In this document: piece after piece, positions 29,401 through 37,800 of the stretch | Position numbering within the stretch: position 1 is the stretch's first letter | Layout of the letters: every line of letters starts with the position of its first letter | Assembly (NCBI GenBank): GCA_018396755.1 | Contig: JAGTQM010000005.1 | Location: forward strand, 23,620 to 87,619 | DNA length: 64,000 bases | Direction: 5' to 3' | Origin: Candidatus Bathyarchaeota archaeon | GTDB taxonomy: Archaea > Thermoproteota > CALKCG01 > B24 | Position numbers and translations under genes: made by a program | Notes under the pieces: generated by a model | Databases searched by the model: none | What the model was told of the DNA's origin: nothing | The model's input: the letters and a program-made list of their open reading frames with translations, nothing else

Positions 29401-29636
29401 AGCTCGTAGAAGCCGAAGCTATCCGTATAAGTTTGAAAGTACTTCTCCTCTACGCTCCCACGCCAAGGTATAGCTATGATAGATGCATTATACACTGGTT
29501 TAGATGTATAGTGGTCCTCCACTTTCCCATAGACCCTCAAACTTTCAGCTGTAAAAGCAATAGAAGAGTGGGTTAAAATGCTAAAGGTTACAATAAGCAG
29601 TAGTATAGAGAGGAGAGATGTACTCAGTCTTCTCAT
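26457..29636 (-). CDS. Large membrane protein with a C-terminal FtsX/MacB-type permease domain
   Basis: 1059 aa. It has a signal/anchor, an extracytoplasmic region with carboxypeptidase-regulatory-like repeats, several TM helices, the FtsX-type segment NLIYERRREMVLLAALGLNPAHIASVFLAESIVMGLIGG, and a ~170-aa cytoplasmic tail. Confidence 0.7.
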   Translation of the reverse strand: MRRLSTSLLSILLLIVTFSILTHSSIAFTAESLRVYGKVEDHYTSKPVYNASIIAIPWRGSVEEKYFQTYTDSFGFYELLLPMYDRYGARCEYVVYVLHRNSSTGLIDYVPAVYPEDVSKGGVRESLEVNFRLVPGASIEIYPRRKFDIWYILSRTAPSWYLLTIVDASTFETPVLPKSTVVIYGEPPIYTVKQRLGIYGADIQFLSSRDLFMRNLVVVPADTPIYLIAKMEFRNERTMRKEILPVLIGFRGGPFILSKGQHILLDIRGDVYKLSTDAIEVLSRDLERRFVQAEEEGFYLGAEREDLRDRVLSNVESAKHLLPPINFNPTDSDLDAVRFQFIEEAYFNFRLLENRLVAMRVLAQSHSTFYPLFFAVFSIAVGSFLFEDARRKILTALILYVLVIITLYYIYPGFKIIMHPETKVVFSFFDIGKSIGLRPIVIAGSLFFISVIMLSIAVVVGLYFGLPRIYRPPEIEGKPSLKSIITVIFSIGKRNVKRRKLRSAFCIISLAMLIMVLTAFTSFSRIQGVVIEGPDSTNVQLNGCLLEKIPFNNTKVLSVDRFFVEGELEALRAYGAERFLIRVDNIPLNSSIIRLRTTTGRLANLYGVLGLTEEIAEELGLTAYLPIGFFTKNMAIALTESLAGMLGVKPGDMIQVSSLSGGVEVNTWNFTVAGYVNDAILEASDINGKPIAPYKLTGEGEYAPVNATEFAVFNAWEILSLTSQEGEVIGLSDMIGIPSVFIPINNENALNSFANRMAFREYYAWVFFNGRVSRIYMGEKWEIKGFIELLVPATLVFLNVFMVMVNLIYERRREMVLLAALGLNPAHIASVFLAESIVMGLIGGGIGYYAGLGAYRIMNFLGPAGQIGVREKLEWYWGVIGLAFSITVSVLSAVVPAIRAAVMATPSLMRKIKIPEVERAKREEKIFKVYHERSIAMPIRVQITEKPFFTAFVMDRLKDISGMIERVENVSLEEEILADNTEVFRIRFTHTYREYATVNELRATKPPSSDAFNIVLLSKPKEPGMSEKTIDVTVNLMREILRDWDRYKKAILSGTAPKR

Positions 29637-29778
29637 ACGTCCTCAAGTTATTTTATATTTAAGGGGTTTTTTATCTTTTACCTTTTTCCGTAATGCTTTA
29701 AGCACCGACAATAAGCCGTTTAAAAATTATAGTCTCAAAACTTATATTTAGCCTGAGTCTCAATAAAGCGGGATAAAC

Positions 29779-30276
29779 ATGGCGAAGAAACCGACGAAGC
29801 TTATAGCAATCATCTCCATTATGAGTGCTTTAGGAAACGTATTAGGCTTCCTATCAATAAGGCTACCATCTGCACCCGGCACAGTAGTAGAATTCCACCT
29901 ATCTGCACTTCCAGCCCTATTACTAGCCGTAACAGTTGGACCTTTAACGGGGGCTGTGACAGGAGCTTTAAGCTTAATTATAGCTACGATGAAAATAGGG
30001 AACATATTCATACCGTTTGGAAACGCATTACTAGCCTACATAGCTGGATTATTCTCTAAAAAATTTAAATTATCACCACCAGCCAGTGGAGCCGCCGCGG
30101 TAGTACCTTACACGCCGTACATGTGGTTTGCCTGCTCAATCTACGGTGTTCCAGAGCCGATCATAGCATTCATAGTAGTGAAGGCCTTCATCGAAATACT
30201 GATCTCATGCACTCTAATAGAGTTTATACTGCTAAGACGGGAGGTTAAAGACTTCCTAGTGAACATTGGAAGGTAG
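29779..30276 (+). CDS. Small polytopic membrane protein, possibly an ECF-transporter S component
   Basis: 165 aa with five to six helices and an S-component-like N-terminus (IAIISIMSALGNVLGFL...GPLTGAVTG). The family assignment is tentative. Confidence 0.45.
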   Translation: MAKKPTKLIAIISIMSALGNVLGFLSIRLPSAPGTVVEFHLSALPALLLAVTVGPLTGAVTGALSLIIATMKIGNIFIPFGNALLAYIAGLFSKKFKLSPPASGAAAVVPYTPYMWFACSIYGVPEPIIAFIVVKAFIEILISCTLIEFILLRREVKDFLVNIGR

Positions 30277-30340
30277 GTTTCAATACAGCCTCTCTAAGAC
30301 GAGAATCCATCGACGTATTTGTGAATTAATATGGAAACGT

Positions 30341-30620
30341 TCAAACCACAGGTCCAACGCCATTATCATAGAGTTTGAGCCGGACGGCAAGCTTTACATC
30401 TCTGACAGTTACCTTAATGTTGTCTTCAGCTCCCTCGACAGCTCTTAAACATCGCTTTTCTCCCACCTTCTATTGGAGCCTGAGACGTCTCAGGCTGGTC
30501 TCGAAAGTTGGTAGACATTCCACAGTATCTATAGCCTCAATCCCACAGCTTGCGCCTGCACCAACGTATATCCACCACCTTTTTAAAAGACTCTACGACA
30601 GCTTCAACAGCCTTCGCCAT
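30341..30620 (-). pseudogene. Frameshifted remnant of an unidentified gene
   Basis: Three consecutive minus-strand frame pieces: MAKAVEAVVESFKKVVD, IYVGAGASCGIEAIDTVECLPTFE.. and KVGEKRCLRAVEGAEDNIKVTVRDVKLAVRLKLYDNG... No single intact ORF remains. Confidence 0.3.
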
Positions 30621-30758
30621 CCTCGGTGTCTCAAGTTTAAACGGTAGAAGTGACTAATTAGAGGATCACATCAATAGTTCAACCGTTAGGTTGAGAATAA
30701 ATTATAATGCGTTCTCATAGTAGAGATTGTGAGAAAGGTTTTCATGCAAATATTACAG

Positions 30759-31148
30759 TTAAACCTTCTCCGTCAGCTCTATAAGTTTCTTTATTATCGG
30801 CATTCTCCTTCTCACATCCTCTGCATCTAGCTTCGCCTCGTGAAAACCCCACACGTGTAGGTAGTTTGCCGCATCCCACTCAAGCTGTACATCTATACCT
30901 ATCTTATCCACGAGCTTTCCAACAGCTCTTTCAAGTAGGGTAACTGTCCACCTACCCCTCTCCTCAGCGGTCTTAGACTCTTCTAAGTTGAAACGTTCAG
31001 AGAGAATTTTGATGCATTCTTCAGCAGCCTTATACAGTTTTTCGGAGGACTGTAGAGAGTCCTTCTTAGCCAAGAGATCTTCGGCTTCACTAAGCAAATG
31101 CTTAATAAGTCCAACCGTTGTAGATGCGACCATTTTAATCTTCAACAA
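30759..31148 (-). CDS. PaREP1-family protein (HEPN-superfamily-like)
   Basis: AEDLLAKKDSLQSSEKLYKAAEECIKIL....RGRWTVTLLERAV...LH.WGFHE pattern of crenarchaeal PaREP1 proteins. Confidence 0.7.
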   Translation of the reverse strand: MLKIKMVASTTVGLIKHLLSEAEDLLAKKDSLQSSEKLYKAAEECIKILSERFNLEESKTAEERGRWTVTLLERAVGKLVDKIGIDVQLEWDAANYLHVWGFHEAKLDAEDVRRRMPIIKKLIELTEKV

Positions 31149-31269
31149 AGGTATCGCATTTATCTATTTAACCTTTGCAGGTTTTCCAGGTGTTAAGCTG
31201 GTAAAGTTAATTTAGCAAATAGTAGAATGGTAGAAGAACATCTTCAGGAAGTTTGGCATGCAGATGTTT

Positions 31270-32289
31270 TCAAGCATAGTTAACCAAGCTTTTAATGGTT
31301 TCTAGAGAAGGTTTTCTATAACTCATAGATATGAGCGTTGTACATTGAGAGAGGCAACCTCTACAGCTGTCAACAGCTTTTAATGCGTGAGCTCTTTTTC
31401 CGCTAACCCATAGGTCTTTAAGAGGGGTTTCAGTGATCTTGCCTATGACGCTTCCCCTAACGGCGTTACATGCAAGTAGTGTACCGTCTGGGTCAATCAT
31501 TGCGTAAAGTGTACCAGCATCGCAAATCTTACTCATTCCACATTGGAAGTATCGTTCAACGGCTTCAATATACCATCTTGTAGGTGCTATGAACTGCGGC
31601 ATATCCTCTTTAAGCTCTAGGAGAGATTTAATGAGCATATTTACCTTCTCAGATTCAGGCTTCAATTCTACAGGTGGAGGATAAGGCATAACTGGTTGGA
31701 AGGATACAAAGTCCACAGCCCCTATTAGGTTTTTGAAAAGTTGAACCGCTTCATCTACGTTGGCTGAGTATATTGTTAAGTCTATTCCAACTTTAACGTT
31801 GTTTTCTCTAAGATGTTGAATAGTCTTTAAAACCCTCCTATATGTTCCAGTTACCCCCCTAGTTGAATCATGCGTATACTCGAAGCCGTCTAGCGAAATG
31901 TTCACCACGTCGAATACTCTGCTGAGGGATTTCGCCCTAGAACCCGTTATCGTCGTCCCATTTGTACTTAGAACTGTGTAAACTCCACGTTCTCTAGCAT
32001 CTCCAGCTAAAATTTCCAAGTCTTCTCTAAGGGTTGGCTCCCCTCCTGAGAAGTCTATTGCTACAACGCCGAAATCAGCCAGTTGACCTACCACTTTAAG
32101 CGCGTCTCCCGTCTTCAACTCTTCAATATTGCATCTCCACCAATTACAGAAGACGCATCTTAGATTACATCTAGCAGTACAACAGTAGACAATGTAGCTT
32201 AACCTAGGCTTACCCATTTTAAACCTTAGATAAGACGATAAAACCCTATAGACGCTTCTCAACCTCAAGGTTTTCTCCAAATCACTCAA
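31270..32289 (-). CDS. Radical SAM protein with a SPASM-like C-terminal Cys cluster
   Basis: CNLRCVFCNWW (CX3CX2C), GGEPTL, and C-terminal CDAG...CN...CRGCLSQC. Confidence 0.8.
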   Translation of the reverse strand: MSDLEKTLRLRSVYRVLSSYLRFKMGKPRLSYIVYCCTARCNLRCVFCNWWRCNIEELKTGDALKVVGQLADFGVVAIDFSGGEPTLREDLEILAGDARERGVYTVLSTNGTTITGSRAKSLSRVFDVVNISLDGFEYTHDSTRGVTGTYRRVLKTIQHLRENNVKVGIDLTIYSANVDEAVQLFKNLIGAVDFVSFQPVMPYPPPVELKPESEKVNMLIKSLLELKEDMPQFIAPTRWYIEAVERYFQCGMSKICDAGTLYAMIDPDGTLLACNAVRGSVIGKITETPLKDLWVSGKRAHALKAVDSCRGCLSQCTTLISMSYRKPSLETIKSLVNYA

Positions 32290-32295
32290 TTAACA

Positions 32296-32751
32296 ATGAC
32301 TCAGAGAACCTTTAAATACTTCTCTCAAAATCCTCTTTCACGTATGAAGAGGGGGAAGCGTAGAAGCTTCTTCGATGAAATATTCGGGGAAATGGAGAAG
32401 GAATTTGAAAGATTTGAGAAGTTCTTTCAAGAGTCTGAAGTCGGCGATTACGGATATTCGATCAACGTTACTGAAAGCGGTGGAAAAACTAAAGTCTACG
32501 TTAAAGCCGGTAAGAACGTAGACGCATCGGAGCTTAAGAAGATGCTGAGAGAAAGATACCCAGGGGCTGAAATAATCGTAGAAGGAGGCAAACCTCTCAT
32601 AGAGGAGGTTGAGGGGGAGAAAAAACCCACTGAAGCGGAGACGTATAGAATACCTGTTGAAGGGGCTAAGGAAGAGAGAACCCGTAGGGTAACTACTGAA
32701 AAATCGAAAACAGATGAGAAACGTAGAAAATCCCTAATAGAGCCGCTATAG
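32296..32751 (+). CDS. Hypothetical highly charged protein
   Basis: 151-aa ORF divergent from the radical SAM gene. The start is possibly the internal Met (MKRGKRRSFFDEIF). Confidence 0.4.
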   Translation: MTQRTFKYFSQNPLSRMKRGKRRSFFDEIFGEMEKEFERFEKFFQESEVGDYGYSINVTESGGKTKVYVKAGKNVDASELKKMLRERYPGAEIIVEGGKPLIEEVEGEKKPTEAETYRIPVEGAKEERTRRVTTEKSKTDEKRRKSLIEPL

Positions 32752-33492
32752 GCTATGTAGACCGATTTTAAATAGTTTAACGGCGTTTCTAGTGGTTTTC
32801 TCAGCAACTTCATCTACAGGCGTATTTTTAATAGAAGATACTGCTCTAGCCGTTTCAACCACCGATGATGGGTCTGATCTAACCCCTTTATAGACGACTG
32901 GGCAATCCGTTTCAAGAAGCAGCCTTTCCAAGGGGGCTCTTTTAACTGCTTCAATATGGTAGCGGCTGTACTGGGCGGCAGGCGTAGCGGACACGTAATA
33001 GCCTGAGTCTAAAATCTCGTTTAAAACGTTTTCAGGCCCAGTATACCAGTGGAATACGGCTTTCTCAACACCCATAGATTTGACTATTTCGAAGGCTTCA
33101 GACCAAGCACCCCTCGAATGTATCGATAGAGGCTTACCATACTTAACAGAGAGCTCTACTACTCTTTTAAAGACTTTAACCTGTAGATTTCTATCTGTTT
33201 TAACCCAGAAGTCCAACCCAACCTCCCCAATGGCGACCGCTTTATCAATCTTCTCCTCGATGAGTTTGAAATTCCCCTCAACGTCGTCAGACGTTAGATT
33301 CCACGGGTGTGCTCCAAGAGCCGGATATACGTATCTTCTAAACTCTCCCCCAATGTTTAAGATCTTCAGGTTTGTTTCTAAAGACGAGCCGACGGCTATG
33401 ACCGCGGCAACTCCAACCTTTCTAGCTTTATCTAGAATGGACTTCAGGTTTTCAAACTCATCTAAGTGAGCGTGGGTATCTACAAGCATCAC
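32746..33492 (-). CDS. tatD: TatD-family metal-dependent hydrolase/DNase
   Basis: VDTHAHLD, IGEVGLDF, SIHSR, HWYTG and ETDCP motifs. Confidence 0.85.
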   Translation of the reverse strand: MMLVDTHAHLDEFENLKSILDKARKVGVAAVIAVGSSLETNLKILNIGGEFRRYVYPALGAHPWNLTSDDVEGNFKLIEEKIDKAVAIGEVGLDFWVKTDRNLQVKVFKRVVELSVKYGKPLSIHSRGAWSEAFEIVKSMGVEKAVFHWYTGPENVLNEILDSGYYVSATPAAQYSRYHIEAVKRAPLERLLLETDCPVVYKGVRSDPSSVVETARAVSSIKNTPVDEVAEKTTRNAVKLFKIGLHSL

Positions 33493-33548
33493 GCTTAGTT
33501 AATGTTTACTGTAGGAGATATAAGCATATTGGAGGCTTACACGACCAT

Positions 33549-34817
33549 CTACCGTTTTCTCACGTACTTAGCCTTACCTGGTATTTCAGGAGGAGTCTCT
33601 TTTAAACCTCCGAGTATGCTGAATTCCTCCTCTGTAAGACCCAGGTTTTTACCTATCTTCTCGCATAAGCTTGGGTTTAAAACGGCTATAGCCTTCAAAT
33701 ACGGGAGGTATTCTCTAACGGCCTTAGCCCGGGAAGCATGGGTTTTAGAGGCTATTTTAGCGGCTAAACCGTTTAAAAGCTCTCTCCTAGCTTTAAAGCT
33801 ACTGAGAAACCTTATTCTAGATGGGAATTTGAAGGGAGCCCATTTAGGCTTACTATATCGCCTAGACATCGCTACACCAGCGGTCATACACTCCAACGCG
33901 TAGCTTAAAAGCTTCCAATTCTGCTCCCTCTTAATCTTGGCTAGAAACAGGTCTGCTAGTGCAAGGTTTTCAAAGGCCTCAGCCAAGTCTTCGAGAGCGT
34001 TAAATTGAGCTGGCACGTTTTCATAAACCCATTCAAAGAACATTTCAGGATCCATGTCAACCATTTCAAACGCAGATTTAGCACCGTTAACTGTTTTAGC
34101 GTAGAAGACTAGTTTTAAAGCGTCGAATATCTGTAGGATTCTATTTCTAGCGGCGAGCCAACTTACATCTTCAGCTGTTATACGTTTACGCCCATAGGAG
34201 ACTGTTTGAAGGTCGTTTACAGCAGACCTCATATCGCCTTCGGCTTTCTCAGCTATTAACTTTAAAGCACCGTCATCCGCTTCCAACCCCTCCACAGCGC
34301 ATATACGTTTCAAATGCTTAATTACGTCTCTAGAAGTAAGCCTCTTAAACTCTATGAGCTCGCAGACTTCTCTTAAAATGGAAAACCTAGGCTGCCATAT
34401 ATCGTTGGCAACCAGTATAACGGGGTTTCTCGACTTTCTTATAACGTCTAAGAGAGCTGTTAAACCTCCAACGTCTTCACCAGCTATACCGTCAACCTCA
34501 TCTATCAGAATTATACGTTTACTCTGACCGTAGAGGGTGCCCTGCTCCGCAGCTCTACCAGCAACTCTAGATATTTTCTCAGCAGTCCTCCAATCGCTTG
34601 CGTTCATTTCAACGAGGTCGTAGTTGAACAGCCTAGCCACGATCAACGCTATGGTTGTTTTACCTACACCTGGAGGACCGTATAGAAGAGTAGCCTTCTT
34701 ACCTCTTGGATTCCAGTTTTTAACCCATCTGATTAAACGTTCAACAGCTTCGCTATTGCCTACGTATTCTTCCAAGCTTTTAGGCCTATACTTCTCAACC
34801 CACGGGACTTCAGACAA
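33549..34817 (-). CDS. rfcL: Replication factor C large subunit
   Basis: WVEKYRPKSL, Walker A GPPGVGKTT and DEVDG. It lies 3 nt after the RFC small-subunit stop. Confidence 0.9.
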   Translation of the reverse strand: MSEVPWVEKYRPKSLEEYVGNSEAVERLIRWVKNWNPRGKKATLLYGPPGVGKTTIALIVARLFNYDLVEMNASDWRTAEKISRVAGRAAEQGTLYGQSKRIILIDEVDGIAGEDVGGLTALLDVIRKSRNPVILVANDIWQPRFSILREVCELIEFKRLTSRDVIKHLKRICAVEGLEADDGALKLIAEKAEGDMRSAVNDLQTVSYGRKRITAEDVSWLAARNRILQIFDALKLVFYAKTVNGAKSAFEMVDMDPEMFFEWVYENVPAQFNALEDLAEAFENLALADLFLAKIKREQNWKLLSYALECMTAGVAMSRRYSKPKWAPFKFPSRIRFLSSFKARRELLNGLAAKIASKTHASRAKAVREYLPYLKAIAVLNPSLCEKIGKNLGLTEEEFSILGGLKETPPEIPGKAKYVRKR

Positions 34818-34820
34818 CGC

Positions 34821-37800
34821 CTATCCTCCTTTTAAAGCGGCAAGTTTTATCTTAGCCAGTAAAGCCATTATCTGAACTTCTTCATCTGCACCTTGGTCTA
34901 TTCTGAAGTCTGCTTCACCTACAAGCTCGATAATTTTAAGTTTAACAGGCTCAGGAACGTCTAGTTTAAACACTTGAGAATGTATCTGCTTCACTATGTC
35001 AGAGCCAGAGTAGCCTTCCATGTAAAGCATTTTCCTAAGCTCTTCCCTAGCCTCGATTAAGTCGCCCTTTATAGAGATATCCAGTAGATCCGATATTCTC
35101 TTGGGGTGGACAAGCCCGATAACCCTGTAGACAACGTCAGAAGTTACGGATTCACCAGTCGCCGAAGCAGCTTGGAGAAGGTTTATAGCTCTTCTAAGGT
35201 CTCCGGCAGCTATTTCAGCTATAGCATCAACACCGTCTTCAGAAAACGGGACGTCTTCAGATTTAGCGATACGCTTCAGAAAATCAACCGTATCCACTCT
35301 AGGCAACGGTGCAAACCTGAAAATCGCACATCTAGACTGTATAGGCTCAATAATACGACTACTGTAATTACAAGAAAGTATAAACCTGCAAGTATCCGTG
35401 TACTTCTCCATAGTTCTCCTAAGAGCATGCTGAGCGTCGCTGGTGTTATGAGTTAGTATTCCATTAGCTAGAAAGAAGTTTTTATTCTTTCGCGTCGATA
35501 TGTTTAATACTTTGTATCTACCAGCATGCTTCACATTTTTCACCTTAACGTGTTTGATTTTAGGTATTCCATGACCGGATATTCCTACGGCCTCATAGAT
35601 CCTGTTTCTAACATCTTCAAGGAGCTGTGTATTTCTCAATTCATGCTCCCAAACTATAACTGTCTTAAAGTTCCTTTTCTCCAACTCTTCCAATAAAAGC
35701 TGGTCTTTCACCATGTTAGCTTTCTGCCTTTCATACTTTGGAGTTAACCCACATACGGGACAGACATGCCACCAGCAACCGTTCATTAGAAGAGCCACCT
35801 TATCCCCTATTACGAAATCTATTGAGGTTGCGAATCCTCTGTTTCCATTCCTCCTGACATATATGTACTCTCTTCTATAGGGGATTCCCCATTCCCTCAG
35901 ATATTTAGCCATATCTTCTTCAAGCCTGCTTCTAAACCCTCTCTTTCTCCACGCCTCCGCGGACCTTCTCCAAGCCTTATAAGAGACCCGCTTGAAGAAG
36001 CCGGATTCGACGAGCTTTCTATATTTTTCAGATTTAGTCAAGCTTATCTTCACATTATGGGAAATCCTTTCCCTAATACTTCTATCACGTTCAAACCTCT
36101 CTCTAACACCTCTACCGATTGCTATCCTATGCTCTAAGCTTAGCTTCCTATCTTTCCAGTAACCTTCAGGGTAGAGTTTAGCCATCGAGCTTAACCTAAT
36201 TTTCCCCTTTTTCAGAAGTCTTTTAGCGATCTCTGAACGCTTTCTACGATAGTCCTCACTCTGATAAACACCTCTCTCCTTAAGAGCTGAGGCTCCTCTA
36301 AGTGCTATCTTCCTCCTCTCCTCTAAGCTACGTCCTCTCGAAATCTTTCCCAGATATTCATTTCTACAGCTTAAGGAGCAGAAATGAAGCTCGTAAAATA
36401 TCCATGAAGGATATGGCCTGTAAAAAATTCTCCCGCAGTTATAGCATTTTAGAAATCTATCGCTAAAGTCTGCTATTAACGTGATACCTGGTTTTAGGTC
36501 CTTAGTTTTAACAACTTCTACGCTTCTTCCCTCTATCTTGAAGAAGGGGTGCTCAGAAGAGGCAAGTATAGACCTTCCGTCTTCTAGTATGATCTCATAG
36601 AGGTCTGCGACACCCGAGTCAACTACCCTACCTTTATCATCATCAGGCTTTAATGTTGTAAAGTTTAACGACGGTAGATCAAATTCTTCAGTACCATATT
36701 CCTCCATAAGCTTTCTTAAAGTAGAAACGCGTAAGTCGTTTAACTTACCTACTATAACCTCGGTATCTGGAGAGAGACACAAGTGATCAGCCTCGTCGAG
36801 GACAAGTATTTTAAACGGCACATCCAGTAAACTCTTACTTCTAGCAAAACGTTTAACAGTATCTCTAATGACGTTTATCCCCCTTTCATCTGAGGCATTA
36901 AGCTCCATAAAACTGTCCATTAGAAATTTACCGAAAAGATCCCCAGCTAAACATAGTGCAGCTGTCGTGTTGTGGGCTACTACTCCATTTGACAACAGGA
37001 AGGAGTGGTTCGTAGCAGCAACTAAATCCGCTACTGGGAATTTTCCCGCAGTCTCTTTAACATCGACCACTTCATCATATATGAAGTCGCTGACAAGTAT
37101 TGAAGCTATTTCTGCAAGTTTCTCTTCTAAATCGCATAGTATTCTTAAACGTTCATCTATGGCATTTGAAAGATTTCTCACGTATTTAACCATGTATGGT
37201 AACCTTGTTGAATTTGCATTCGGAAAAGACCCTATCTTAGCCTCCTTCACCCTAAGATATTTTATGGCTTGTTTTGCCAATTCCTTTAAATGCGGGTAGA
37301 CGTCTAAGGTTTTCCTTTTAGAAACACTTAATACATGATGATCGTCATCTATTTTCTTAGCAGTAGACGAGAGGAGATGTAGTTTTCTACCTTTTCCCTC
37401 GACCTTCCGAAGCTTCTCCTCCATGCGGAATATGAAATCTAAAGTTGCTGTTTTCAGGAAATCTTCCAATTCCATTTTGATGGAATTAAGGCTTTTTCTT
37501 TGCATGTGTAATTCGCTTATAAGCTCGTCTACTCTTATGCAGGCTTTCAACCTGTTCCTCACATACCATTTAGAATAATGACGGTTTTTGGCGTGAGCAA
37601 AACGCATACTTGTAGGCACTATCCATCGTGCATACTCGCTTAAGTCAAGCCTTATAATATCTTCATATCCGTTAGTATGTAGGTTTAATCTACGTAACTT
37701 GTTCTGATTCGTAAAACCTATAAGCTCTACAAACCTCTTCTTACTCTCTCGGTCACATATGCAGAGCTTAGTTTGCCCATTACCATCTCTTATTCTGGCG

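Noticed and set aside
35106-37299. Antisense ORFs inside long genes. Examples are 35106..35456 and 36868..37299 in rfcS, 28045..28413 in the FtsX gene, 39264..39710, 50500..50871 and 52494..52820.
   Set aside because: Each lies opposite a gene with strong family motifs and has Ser/Leu/Pro-rich shadow-frame composition. There is no independent evidence for them.
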